Of a DNA stretch of 64,000 nt, positions 18,649 to 27,888 are shown piece after piece. The notes below the pieces were generated by a model. That model had not been told where the DNA came from, made no database searches, and saw only the letters and a program-made list of their open reading frames with translations. Origin of the DNA: Escherichia coli. Its GTDB lineage: Bacteria > Pseudomonadota > Gammaproteobacteria > Enterobacterales > Enterobacteriaceae. The stretch is from the NCBI RefSeq assembly GCF_013315695.1, contig NZ_CP054354.1; one strand, written 5' to 3'. Both the position numbers and the translations under genes were made by a program. Position 1 is the stretch's first letter, and each line of letters starts with the position of its first letter.

Positions 18649-19329
18649 ATGAATTCCAGTACGCTGATATCCGTGATGATACGGCAACAGATATCCGGTG
18701 ACGGTATGCAGGAACATATTGATTATCAGATTGAGAAATATCAGTTCAGGGCCAGGAATGAGTCACCGCGACTGATGCGCCAGTGGGAAGATGTCATGCG
18801 TGAATGCCGTGATACCGGAGCAGGAGCCAGGGAGCGGCTGCGGATTGCCTTACTTAATGTTGATTATGTGACCAGTTTTGAACTGCCGTTTCGTCTGCTG
18901 TTAACCCGGACACCGCAGATGATTGACAGCGTGCGGCGGGAATGGCAGCTCAGCCAGAAAAAAGTTGTATTCAATGAGCGGCAGCGGGGATGTGTATACA
19001 GTCTGCAGAATGACTTATCCGGCGTGCCGGATAGCTTCAGTTACAGTCTTGCGACGCGAATACGGCGGGCGGACAGCTATGGCATGACGACGCGTTGTTT
19101 CACTGATATAGCCGGGCAGGTTAAAGCCCCGACAGCACGGCTGAAACTGGCGCTGGAAAGCGGGTTAATTGTCACCGCGCTGGATGGTCTGTTCTGGCTT
19201 GGTATTCAACGTATTGCCGCAGATGTGCAGCGGCTGCGTCAGTCCGGAATGACAATCATCACCCGGGATGTTGAGGTCTCAGACTCGCTGACCGGAACCA
19301 CACGGGTTGTTTCCGGGTACAGCCTTTGA
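18649..19329 (+). CDS. hypothetical protein, up to 226 aa
   Basis: ORF only; true start may be internal; no confident motif. Confidence 0.35.
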   Translation: MNSSTLISVMIRQQISGDGMQEHIDYQIEKYQFRARNESPRLMRQWEDVMRECRDTGAGARERLRIALLNVDYVTSFELPFRLLLTRTPQMIDSVRREWQLSQKKVVFNERQRGCVYSLQNDLSGVPDSFSYSLATRIRRADSYGMTTRCFTDIAGQVKAPTARLKLALESGLIVTALDGLFWLGIQRIAADVQRLRQSGMTIITRDVEVSDSLTGTTRVVSGYSL

Positions 19330-19530
19330 TTTATGCAACAAAGTATCGCAGCGTCGAATATGAGCTATGGCCAGATTTTTGTTAATCGTGGTTGTTGCAA
19401 CATGTAAGGCGAATGACCACACTATTCTGGCACGCTCGTAATCATGCTGAAATTCTGCTTCCTGTCCTGCCGTGATGAGTTCCGACCAGGACATACGGCG
19501 AAGTGTATGTCTGTCAGTAATATCCGTCAT
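19279..19530 (-). CDS. hypothetical small protein, 83 aa
   Basis: Last gene of four overlapping minus-strand ORFs (ATGA-type junctions). Confidence 0.35.
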   Translation of the reverse strand: MTDITDRHTLRRMSWSELITAGQEAEFQHDYERARIVWSFALHVATTTINKNLAIAHIRRCDTLLHKSKAVPGNNPCGSGQRV

Positions 19531-19742
19531 GAGCTCTCAGCCTCCTCCTTCGTATTTCCGTCAGAAACACAAACGCCCCGCAGAGAAAATTCGCCAACAT
19601 TCTCCTTTTTAATGGCGCGCAATGCATCGCGGCAGGCCCGTTCGGTATGAAAGGCCTGGCTGTGCACCGCCAGTGTGGGCTGACGGGCATCACCGGAAGA
19701 GACATTAAAGGGCGATGAAAGCCAGAAAATCAGTAGCCACAT
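19527..19742 (-). CDS. hypothetical small protein with hydrophobic N-terminus, 71 aa
   Basis: Overlapping-ORF operon member; MWLLIFWLSSPF... looks like a signal or TM segment. Confidence 0.35.
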   Translation of the reverse strand: MWLLIFWLSSPFNVSSGDARQPTLAVHSQAFHTERACRDALRAIKKENVGEFSLRGVCVSDGNTKEEAESS

Positions 19743-19745
19743 GCG

Positions 19746-20129
19746 TCACACCTCGTCCTTTTTATGCGGGTATCTGGACAGAATATTGAGCGCCTGTAAT
19801 GGCGCTTCATGCATTTCACGGATACAACGGGCATCGGTGATATTTTCCCGGTAATGTGTGGTTTCCAGCATCATATGATGCATATGGAGCATCCGGGCCA
19901 GGGCTGCGCGGAGTTCTTCAATATGTTGTTCATGGGAATGCTGGCGGGGCTGTATCCGGCAGAGAGGGATAACCTCCACATCATCCGGGTGCGCGCGAAG
20001 CCACGCGTCAGTGACTGCAATGTCGTCAGTGTAAAACCATGTGCCGGATGTCCCGTTGGCCAGAAAACGCATTTTCCAGGCTTCTGGGGTGGCGGTTGTG
20101 TTGTTATCTTTCATGGTGCCACCACTCAT
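19746..20129 (-). CDS. hypothetical protein, ~127 aa
   Basis: Overlapping-ORF operon member. Confidence 0.35.
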   Translation of the reverse strand: MSGGTMKDNNTTATPEAWKMRFLANGTSGTWFYTDDIAVTDAWLRAHPDDVEVIPLCRIQPRQHSHEQHIEELRAALARMLHMHHMMLETTHYRENITDARCIREMHEAPLQALNILSRYPHKKDEV

Positions 20130-20317
20130 TCAACAGGCTTAATGCTGTCCAGGCGCAGTCTGCTCAGACTGTCGTGGCTGCCACAGCGGCGTCCAGTGCT
20201 TTTGCTGTAGCACTCCTGCCCCCTGATACACCATGCCGTTGGCGTTTCGTAGAGGCTGACACGTCGGGTTTTATCTTTAATGATGAGAAGCCCGGTGTGA
20301 GTTTTTGTCTTTTTCAT
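20126..20317 (-). CDS. hypothetical small basic protein, 63 aa
   Basis: First gene of the overlapping-ORF operon. Confidence 0.3.
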   Translation of the reverse strand: MKKTKTHTGLLIIKDKTRRVSLYETPTAWCIRGQECYSKSTGRRCGSHDSLSRLRLDSIKPVE

Positions 20318-20413
20318 CGGTGGGGTACAAACGCAGAAATTTTGTTGTCATTACATCATCAGTTTTAGCCTGCAGAGACGCTGAAAAATCAGCGTTTTCA
20401 GACCCTGTTCAGG

Positions 20414-20734
20414 TTAGTGAATATTCTTGCCTGGCCTTTCGGCAATATCAATCCCCTGAAGTTGCATGGATATCCCATGCCCATTGAGCATCTGGCTGTC
20501 CATGGAATGGATACCGCATGTCATCATCAGGTTGTAACAAAGCGTACTCAGCATGGCGAGTGCCTCTTCTGAGGATTTACAATGTGTGTTCATAAGGGCC
20601 AGAAACTGCTCAACAACATCCGGGTTAATGCTGGTACTGTGTATTTCATCCTTCATGATGTGTCCTTGTTTTTTATTATTTTGCATTTCAGAAAATAACA
20701 CGATGCCTGCAGCCCGGAAAACAGATGTGTGCAC
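20414..20734 (-). CDS. hypothetical small protein
   Basis: ORF only; likely start at the internal MKDEIHS. Confidence 0.3.
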   Translation of the reverse strand: MHTSVFRAAGIVLFSEMQNNKKQGHIMKDEIHSTSINPDVVEQFLALMNTHCKSSEEALAMLSTLCYNLMMTCGIHSMDSQMLNGHGISMQLQGIDIAERPGKNIH

Positions 20735-20985
20735 ACGTAGTCACTTTCCGGCTTTATTTCTGTCCCTGACACAAAATACGTGGTGGCATGAAAAGGATTG
20801 TGGCGGACTGGAAAACGATTAGAATAGCGGCGGGCGCTTGAGGCTGTATGCCGAAAGCGTTTTGTGGACGGCATGTAGCAGAAAGCCCCAGGCGATTTTT
20901 TTATCAATCAACCCAGGGCCCACTGTAATGCCTCAACAACATTATAGTAGCCCGATGACGGCCGAAAGGCAATGGAGGGGCTGCG

Positions 20986-21138
20986 ATGCCACAACGAACG
21001 TTTTTAATGATGTTAATCGTCGTCTGTGTGACGATACTGTGTTTTGTCTGGATGGTGAGGGATTCGCTTTGCGGATTTCGTATCGAGCAGGGAAATACGG
21101 TGCTTGTGGCAACGTTAGCCTACGAAGTTAAACGTTAA
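20986..21138 (+). CDS. hok: Hok/Gef-family type I toxin (PndA/Hok-like), 50 aa
   Basis: Not in ORF track (<60 aa). MPQRTFLMMLIVVCVTILCFVWMVRDSLCGFRIEQGNTVLVATLAYEVKR matches the Hok/PndA pattern; overlapped in another frame by ORF 20838..21131 (mok-like). Confidence 0.7.
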   Translation: MPQRTFLMMLIVVCVTILCFVWMVRDSLCGFRIEQGNTVLVATLAYEVKR

Positions 21139-21275
21139 CGGGCAACACGGCGGTAGAGAATCTGCCGCCGGATTGTTGCGAAGGCTGACCTCAATGCGCC
21201 TTGTTTGTCTTTTTTACCGGACGACTGCTGGTTGCTGCTGTCCGGCAGCTATTATTTTTTCCGTCCTGTGCGTCA

Positions 21276-22862
21276 TCAATTATGACAGTCGCTCTCATTT
21301 AGTTGTCTCTGGTTAGATGTATTATTAGATATTTTCGGGGTAATTCGATAAAAGTTATCCACTTCAGCACCAGACTGAATGATATATGCAATAAGATCTA
21401 AACGATGAATCTCGTATCGTGTACGTAACTCCATCATTTCACGCCATGCTAAAATCCTTGATGTTTTCAGTTCAGCCTCTATAAGTTTCCATGTGTTTGT
21501 TGAGATGGCATGTTCTTCCAGCTGACGTAACGAGAACCTATCACTAATGACCAACCATCCCCATCCTCGAGTATGTGCCCATTTGCGACCTGCATTACTT
21601 TTTATTCTCGTGAGACTCAAGGTCATTCGGTCTGTTGGCTTCACTTCCATAAGTAGGCACCGACCATCAACTGTCGCAATGAGTAAATCTGGATAGTATT
21701 TTTTTGATTTGTTTTTAAAACAATATGGAATAGAAAATGGTTGTTCTTGATAGAAAAGAACCTGATCGCAACATTCTAATAGATTCATTATTTTAAACTC
21801 AAGCCCTGATTCGTACTGGACTGTACGACCTAATTTTTGAGAGTAAAAGAATCCAGATATGTCAGTATCATTAACCGCTCTCTGTGAACATAGCTGTTCT
21901 ACGGGGGGAGGAGGTGCGATATATTTTGGCCAATGTGTATTGTCTAGCCATTTACTGAATATGAACTCAACTCTTTCTTTCTTGATTCGGGCTCTTTCCT
22001 GAGCGCGAGCGTGTGCTAATTCTGCTCTTCGTTCACGTAACCTCTGCTTTTGTAATTGTGATATTAATGAGAGCGAACTTTTTATTTCATCTCGTCTTGC
22101 TTTAGGAATGCCTGCGGTAAAAATAATGAATTTGGCGGCTAAGTCAGAGGATGTAACGAAATCCCGATGAACAATACGATAAATCCATACTGCTATATCA
22201 TATGGTGAATTACCTATTGAGTTAATAAGGGCTTTAAGGCAAGCTCCAGGTGTCCCTTCATAGCGAGATTTAGCAGCTAGTAAGCCAAGGGCTCGTTCCT
22301 GAAGTTGTCTTACCCTTTCACGGGAAATTCCTAATTTGACGGCAATATCTGCCAGAGAATGAGGTGAATCATCTGTGCCGAGTCGCATTAGAAGAATATA
22401 TTGATGTCGTTTATTAGATAAACTTTCGATAGCAGAATGAATTAGCATAATGACATCATGTTCATCGGCTATATAATCTTTAAAATCTGTATTGGGTTGG
22501 CAGAGGGGGAGTGGGGTATTTTGTTTAAAACTATTCTTTTGTATTTCAACTTTATCATGAGCAATTGTTTTTGCAGTGCTCAATGATATTAAATTATTGA
22601 TGATACTATTGTGTTCTTGGCGAGGAATCTTGTTGAAGTAATTGCTGAGATCATTCACCGTGTTTATATCGTTGAACTCAAGAAACTCAGAAGGAAGCAG
22701 GCGTTTGATTGCTCCACGTATTCCCCCGGACGATCGTTGATGTGTTTGAGTAAGTTTTTTTAGCGAGACGCCCTCCGCTATGGATACGAGAAGACGCTGT
22801 AACTCTTCAGTATTCCATGGAGTACCATGTCGTGCTGGAAAATTGCTGCGGGATTCAGACAT
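21276..22862 (-). CDS. sigma-70 region-4-like HTH fused to PD-(D/E)xK (TnsA-like) nuclease motif; unknown function
   Basis: 528 aa; HQYILLMRLGTDDSPHSLADIAVKLGISRERVRQLQERALGLL fits sigma-70 region 4.2; C-terminal YYPDLLIATVDGRCLLMEVKP fits PD...EVK; lies in a visibly AT-rich segment. Confidence 0.55.
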   Translation of the reverse strand: MSESRSNFPARHGTPWNTEELQRLLVSIAEGVSLKKLTQTHQRSSGGIRGAIKRLLPSEFLEFNDINTVNDLSNYFNKIPRQEHNSIINNLISLSTAKTIAHDKVEIQKNSFKQNTPLPLCQPNTDFKDYIADEHDVIMLIHSAIESLSNKRHQYILLMRLGTDDSPHSLADIAVKLGISRERVRQLQERALGLLAAKSRYEGTPGACLKALINSIGNSPYDIAVWIYRIVHRDFVTSSDLAAKFIIFTAGIPKARRDEIKSSLSLISQLQKQRLRERRAELAHARAQERARIKKERVEFIFSKWLDNTHWPKYIAPPPPVEQLCSQRAVNDTDISGFFYSQKLGRTVQYESGLEFKIMNLLECCDQVLFYQEQPFSIPYCFKNKSKKYYPDLLIATVDGRCLLMEVKPTDRMTLSLTRIKSNAGRKWAHTRGWGWLVISDRFSLRQLEEHAISTNTWKLIEAELKTSRILAWREMMELRTRYEIHRLDLIAYIIQSGAEVDNFYRITPKISNNTSNQRQLNESDCHN

Positions 22863-23135
22863 GATTTTATCTTTATGTTTTCTAGGTACTGCCTTGAGTG
22901 TGTGGATATGATAATTATTTGTAATGATATTGTTATCTTTTATAGATAACTGATATGCAGAATTGTATTGATTTTGTCTACAGTGGGCAAGACAGTGCTA
23001 AGAATTTGTGGGGAAAACATAGAGACTCCATGCGGCGTCCTGAGATAGACGGCAGACAGGCATTCTGCCTGAAAAGAAAAAGCCGGTTCAGAGAAAACCG
23101 GCTGACGGATTATCGTCTAACAGTTGATAGCTACC

Positions 23136-23789
23136 TCAAAATACTTCTGCAACAGGAACACCGGCAACTTTTTCCCACTCTTTAACCCGATACCGGATCA
23201 TCTGTGGGAAACGTTCCTTGTACTCATATCCACGTGCAGCCATGGTGTGCATGGTGTTGGCCAGCGTCCTTGCTGAGATGCCGGAGATCTCAAGAGGAAT
23301 CATCGGCAGACTCACATAGGTGGTGTGGATTTCCAGCTTGCCGTCTTCAGCAACCGTGCGGGTAAAGTTGTGAATATCCAGACCAATCACATCCATCACA
23401 TTGTTTGGATAAATACGCACATACAGCATGGTGCCGTTTTTAATGTCGATCCCGAAATAACAACTCTTCGAGAATGACAGTTGCTCATAATCGCTGGTCG
23501 GCGCAAAGGGACTGCTTTCTTTTATCTGCTGAACAACCTGCTGGACTTTCTTTTTCTTCGCTCTGGTTTTCATATATAGCCAGAGTGATGGGAGTATTAA
23601 TAGGAGCCAACTGCCATAAGTATATAGATATGCTTGAATATCTGTTTCTATATATGGTTCTGTAAGCATCATACCGGTAAATCCTAGAGAACATAGTAAT
23701 AAAAAAGGAACACCAAATATAAAATAAGCAGTGCGGATAAGGTAATAATATGCCCACCAGGAAGGATATCTGCTTTTTGTTGTGTTCAT
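23136..23789 (-). CDS. excA: ExcA-like entry-exclusion inner-membrane protein
   Basis: 217 aa; N-terminal TM segments; immediately downstream of traY as in R64; AT-rich. Confidence 0.45.
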   Translation of the reverse strand: MNTTKSRYPSWWAYYYLIRTAYFIFGVPFLLLCSLGFTGMMLTEPYIETDIQAYLYTYGSWLLLILPSLWLYMKTRAKKKKVQQVVQQIKESSPFAPTSDYEQLSFSKSCYFGIDIKNGTMLYVRIYPNNVMDVIGLDIHNFTRTVAEDGKLEIHTTYVSLPMIPLEISGISARTLANTMHTMAARGYEYKERFPQMIRYRVKEWEKVAGVPVAEVF

Positions 23790-23800
23790 AATAAACCTCC

Positions 23801-23841
23801 ATATTCACCTGAATGTATTTTAATCTCTTCAGGTGAATATG
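23801..23841 (-). promoter_or_regulatory. perfect 13-bp inverted repeat between traY and excA
   Basis: ATATTCACCTGAA ... TTCAGGTGAATAT with 15-nt loop, just upstream of the excA RBS. Confidence 0.4.
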
Positions 23842-23876
23842 GCAATGGTGTTTTAGTGGTTTTTCGATATTTTCAT

Positions 23877-26042
23877 TTATTGTTTTATTCCGTCTTTATC
23901 ATCTCTATTAATATTTTTCAGTTTTTCTTCACGAACGCCAGGTGTTCTGCGCATATTGGTATTACCTCCGGCAATAATATCTTTGACTGAAGAAACCATA
24001 TTCCCCAGCATATTAACACCGTCACGTCCGCCCAGAAAATTAATTACATGGTCAGGCAGATAAGCCTGAAGCGCAAAAACGGCTGCAACCAGTGTGGTAC
24101 AGGCGCGGGCATAAATCATCAAAAATCCCGCCATGCTGAACACACCCGTCACAGAGTTTATCTGGACATTCATCAGTGCAGCAGCATACAGCGCATTCAG
24201 GATTGTGCCGCCGGCCACGATGGCGACTGATGCAAAAAAGAACCCGAACACCATCAGCAGCGGTCTGATCATGCTGTCTATCAGGTAGATGTAACCGTAA
24301 GCGGCTCGGCTTCCCCGGTCCTGACTTGTTCCCAGATGGGTGGCGGCCCACAGGGGGCCAGCAGCACATCCAATCAGTACGCTGACTATCCAGTTGCCGA
24401 TGCCGGTCATCCAGAAGATAAACGGGATAAACGGCAGGTAAATGGATAACGAAAAACCGGCACAAAACAGCAAAAACAGCAGGAAGTAGAGTGGTGGTGC
24501 GGATGCTTCCAGAAAAGCCTTTGCGGCGTCAGATAATCCGCTGACGGCATTGACCAGTCGACCAAAAACGGAGTTGCTGCCGGCCGTGGAAAGTACCCTG
24601 ACGGTGGTATAACCCGCCCAGATGGTTTCGGTCGTAACCATGGTGTAATCGCCAATGTTTTTCATTTTTATCAACGGATTTAGTTGATTAGTTGTGGTAC
24701 CTGTACCGCTCAGATAAGTGGCTGTCCAGTTAGTCATTCTTGTTAGGTTAAACCCAATCAATTTTAAGATTGCTGATTGAGGGTCTTGAGTTTTAGATGC
24801 GTGGTATTCACTGGCAGAGGTGGCGGTTCCCAGTGCAGGAGTATACGCTGAGTTCTGCAGCTGTGCCTGGTAAGCCCCCTTGACTTCCTTCAGGAATTCC
24901 GTATCCCCGGCTTCGCCCAGTGACGAGACGCCACTCACTGTAGGAGCACGGTCGGCCAGTTCAGCCAGTCGCTGGTTGGCGGTGGCAAAGGTCTGGTACC
25001 AGGCGCCCAGGGCAACCCAGCCGTAGGTGGTCAGGTAGGATTTCAGCTGCTCCCTGCGCTCAGTTTCTGCGTTATCTGCCGGCAACGCCTTCTGCACCGT
25101 TTCTTCATACCGGTTGGCTGCCTTCTGAATACGGCTTTCAATATCCGGCAGGTTGCCGTTACCCGTGTCGCGCCGGGTCCGGTATGCCGACACAAATTCC
25201 TGCGCCGCGCTGTCCAGGTCACGGAGCATGGTATCCATGGCGGAGCGCTGTGCCGTCAGAACCCCCTGATATTCCGTTTCAATGAAGGGATTGAAAAAAT
25301 GGGCCAGCGCGGACTGCTTGTTACTGCCGTTTCCTTTCACGGAGAGACTCACACTCCCGCAGGTGGCGCTGCCATTTGAGACGGTGACGGTATATCTGCC
25401 ATTCTCTGTCCGTGAGGATTCGCTCATGGGCGGCGTTGATGAACGTGCGGTACGGTTAAAGTCATCGAGGCCCGTATTCATGGCGTGTTTGCACAGTTCC
25501 ATCTCCAGAATTCCCCGTGCTGCCGTGCGGGTGGAGACATGTACTGGCTGTACGGTCATTGAATAGCCTTCAGCAATGTTTTCTGCCGCTGTCTGAACCA
25601 TGATATTGGCGGAACCGATGCCCATGATGGATGCGCCCCACAGCATGACCAGTTGCGCCAGACTCCAGCCGGAAGCGGTGGGCACAATCATCAAAAATCC
25701 ACTCACGACACTGAGTATGCCGACGACGTCCCGTCCGTTGTTAAAGACACTGCCCTGGTGTCCCGTGCGGACAGCATGACGGATACCAATAAACAGAAAC
25801 CAGACTATCCCCATCGTGGCGATAATTGCGTTAAACACCATGAACAGGTTGCCAATGATGGTGTTGCTGCTGGCTGTCAGGGGATTTGTGACCACATCAC
25901 CAAAAATGGTGACCAGTGCCTGGCGCGACAGGTCATCCGGATTGGTGGCGGCACTCACAATGTCCTGATAGGTGACGAAAGCCTGTGCAGGTACGGCAGC
26001 CAGCGCCAGACCTGCACTCAGTGCTCTGGGTATGATTTTCAC
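23877..26042 (-). CDS. traY: TraY-like integral membrane protein
   Basis: 721 aa; multiple TM segments; size and position as R64 TraY. Confidence 0.65.
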   Translation of the reverse strand: MKIIPRALSAGLALAAVPAQAFVTYQDIVSAATNPDDLSRQALVTIFGDVVTNPLTASSNTIIGNLFMVFNAIIATMGIVWFLFIGIRHAVRTGHQGSVFNNGRDVVGILSVVSGFLMIVPTASGWSLAQLVMLWGASIMGIGSANIMVQTAAENIAEGYSMTVQPVHVSTRTAARGILEMELCKHAMNTGLDDFNRTARSSTPPMSESSRTENGRYTVTVSNGSATCGSVSLSVKGNGSNKQSALAHFFNPFIETEYQGVLTAQRSAMDTMLRDLDSAAQEFVSAYRTRRDTGNGNLPDIESRIQKAANRYEETVQKALPADNAETERREQLKSYLTTYGWVALGAWYQTFATANQRLAELADRAPTVSGVSSLGEAGDTEFLKEVKGAYQAQLQNSAYTPALGTATSASEYHASKTQDPQSAILKLIGFNLTRMTNWTATYLSGTGTTTNQLNPLIKMKNIGDYTMVTTETIWAGYTTVRVLSTAGSNSVFGRLVNAVSGLSDAAKAFLEASAPPLYFLLFLLFCAGFSLSIYLPFIPFIFWMTGIGNWIVSVLIGCAAGPLWAATHLGTSQDRGSRAAYGYIYLIDSMIRPLLMVFGFFFASVAIVAGGTILNALYAAALMNVQINSVTGVFSMAGFLMIYARACTTLVAAVFALQAYLPDHVINFLGGRDGVNMLGNMVSSVKDIIAGGNTNMRRTPGVREEKLKNINRDDKDGIKQ

Positions 26043-26116
26043 GGTAACTCCGGAACCGAAGGGGATGCCCGGGCATCAGCCCCCGGAATGAGGAAAAGAA
26101 ATTGCAGACCGGACAG

Positions 26117-26686
26117 TCAGTACTGCCGGTGGGTAATGGCCAGCCATGTGGCCTGTTTCCAGCCGTGCCGGGCCTGCAGGTAATCGGGGAATGTGCCCTG
26201 TTCGTCCTCGCTGACCCGACGTTCATTCAGCTGCCAGAGGCGGTATGACGCAATCAGGGCTTTTGAGGCACACAGTGCTGCAATGGTGCTCATCAGTAAC
26301 AGGCAGACCAGGATACGTATCAGGGTGATGACCGGCAGTGCGGTGGCCGCAAGGGCCATACCACACAGCAGAAGTACCGGTATCATCATCAGCCAGAATC
26401 CTGTCCGCCAGAACATCCTGCGACGTCGCAGACGCCGGTCCAGTTCGTCGACCGTCAGTCCGCTGGCCCTGACCGCTTCCTCCCAGGTCATACAGACCGG
26501 ACTCTCCGGTTGCCGGTCGGGCATGAGGCGCTTCAGGCGCGTTTTATGCTGGTCCAGCATATGGCGGCAGCTGCGCAGCATCCAGCGGGTTTCGGCCAGT
26601 GGTGCGAACAGATTTATCCCTATATCACCGATGCGGCGGAGACGGGGGGCCGGTTTTTTTTCGTCGATGCTGTTGTCGTCTTTCAT
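26117..26686 (-). CDS. traX: TraX-like membrane protein
   Basis: 189 aa; TM segments; position in operon. Confidence 0.5.
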   Translation of the reverse strand: MKDDNSIDEKKPAPRLRRIGDIGINLFAPLAETRWMLRSCRHMLDQHKTRLKRLMPDRQPESPVCMTWEEAVRASGLTVDELDRRLRRRRMFWRTGFWLMMIPVLLLCGMALAATALPVITLIRILVCLLLMSTIAALCASKALIASYRLWQLNERRVSEDEQGTFPDYLQARHGWKQATWLAITHRQY

Positions 26687-27888
26687 CTTACGCTCCCCTG
26701 GCTCATGGCCTGTGACAGTTCGCCAAGGCGCTGTCCGTAATACTGCCGTGCGGCCAGCGCAAGTTGCTGCCCGGCGATAACGTTACCCTGACGAATCTGC
26801 TCTTTCAGATCGTTCATCTGCCAGTTCAGCAGGGCGGTGGTGCGCAGCAGCTCACGGAGAAGGTTATCGCCTTCCATGCCCTGCAGATCCTGCTGCCAGT
26901 CGGTGTTGGCATACCGTCTGCCGGCTTCAAAGGCCTCAAACTCCCGCTGGCTCATGTGGCCACGGGTGCGGGCTTCTGATGATGCGGTCCGGTCAAAATA
27001 TGCCGCAGCTGACGGTGACTGCAGGGCTTCAGTCAGTGCCCCACGGGTGGCTTCATTAGGGGTACTGTCAGCAATCAGTGACAGCTGCGGATGAGAGGCG
27101 GCATCGATGATGCCGTTGTATTCATTCTGCAGGCCCACATACGTGCGCCCGGTCTGTGTGCCCACTTCTCCTTTCCCCGGGGCACGACCCGCTGACGGTC
27201 TGGCGGTGTTTTTCATATAAGCCGTCGCGGCATCAATCTGTTTCTGATCCCAGGTGAGAGCGGCCGGGGTATCTGCTGTGCCTGCGCCCTGATAGAGCGA
27301 TCGTACCTGGCTGTCTCCGCCCGGCAGATCGCCCACGGCAGGGCAGACATCAGTTCCGCCAAAGCGGGCATACTCCGCTTCCGTGCAGTAACCGGCGTGG
27401 ATGCCGGCACTGTCATACGCCTCGCGGACCGGGGAGTCCGCAGCCCGGGAGAGACGTTCCCGGATGGGTTTACTGCTGACCCCTCCCCCCTGACTCAGAC
27501 GTGCCGCTGCAGACGCTGCTGCCCGGCGGCTTTCTGCTGCAATGCCGGACGCGGATTCACTGCAGATGGAGTCCGGCACGCTGAAGCTTTTCCTGGCCTC
27601 CTCGAGGCGGTGTGTTTCATTACTGAATATCATCTGCTGACGGGTGGCCTGCCCGTCCTGGGCAATGACGGTGGCCAGTTTTTCTGAGTTCTGGGTGATG
27701 GCTGTGCCGGTGGCCGTCTGCATACGGACCATTTCCTCCATGATGCCCTGTATGGTGGCCAGCTCCGGCATGATCTGTCGGGTGACGGGCTGACTGGACA
27801 CAACATTCACAGAGTAGGCATGGGTGGCAGGGATAACCGCACAGCCTACAAGGAGTGCAAGCAGTGTGGTTGCAGATTGTCTTTGCAT
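26683..27888 (-). CDS. traW: TraW-like lipoprotein
   Basis: Start moved to internal ATG 27888 giving MQRQSATTLLALLVGC (lipobox); ~401 aa; ORF track 26683..27993. Confidence 0.55.
   Translation of the reverse strand: MQRQSATTLLALLVGCAVIPATHAYSVNVVSSQPVTRQIMPELATIQGIMEEMVRMQTATGTAITQNSEKLATVIAQDGQATRQQMIFSNETHRLEEARKSFSVPDSICSESASGIAAESRRAAASAAARLSQGGGVSSKPIRERLSRAADSPVREAYDSAGIHAGYCTEAEYARFGGTDVCPAVGDLPGGDSQVRSLYQGAGTADTPAALTWDQKQIDAATAYMKNTARPSAGRAPGKGEVGTQTGRTYVGLQNEYNGIIDAASHPQLSLIADSTPNEATRGALTEALQSPSAAAYFDRTASSEARTRGHMSQREFEAFEAGRRYANTDWQQDLQGMEGDNLLRELLRTTALLNWQMNDLKEQIRQGNVIAGQQLALAARQYYGQRLGELSQAMSQGSVR

Noticed and set aside
21149-21160. GGCGGTAGAGAA resembling an RfaH ops element
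   Set aside because: It is on the + strand just after the hok-like stop with no + strand operon downstream, and positions 11-12 do not match ops; probably chance.
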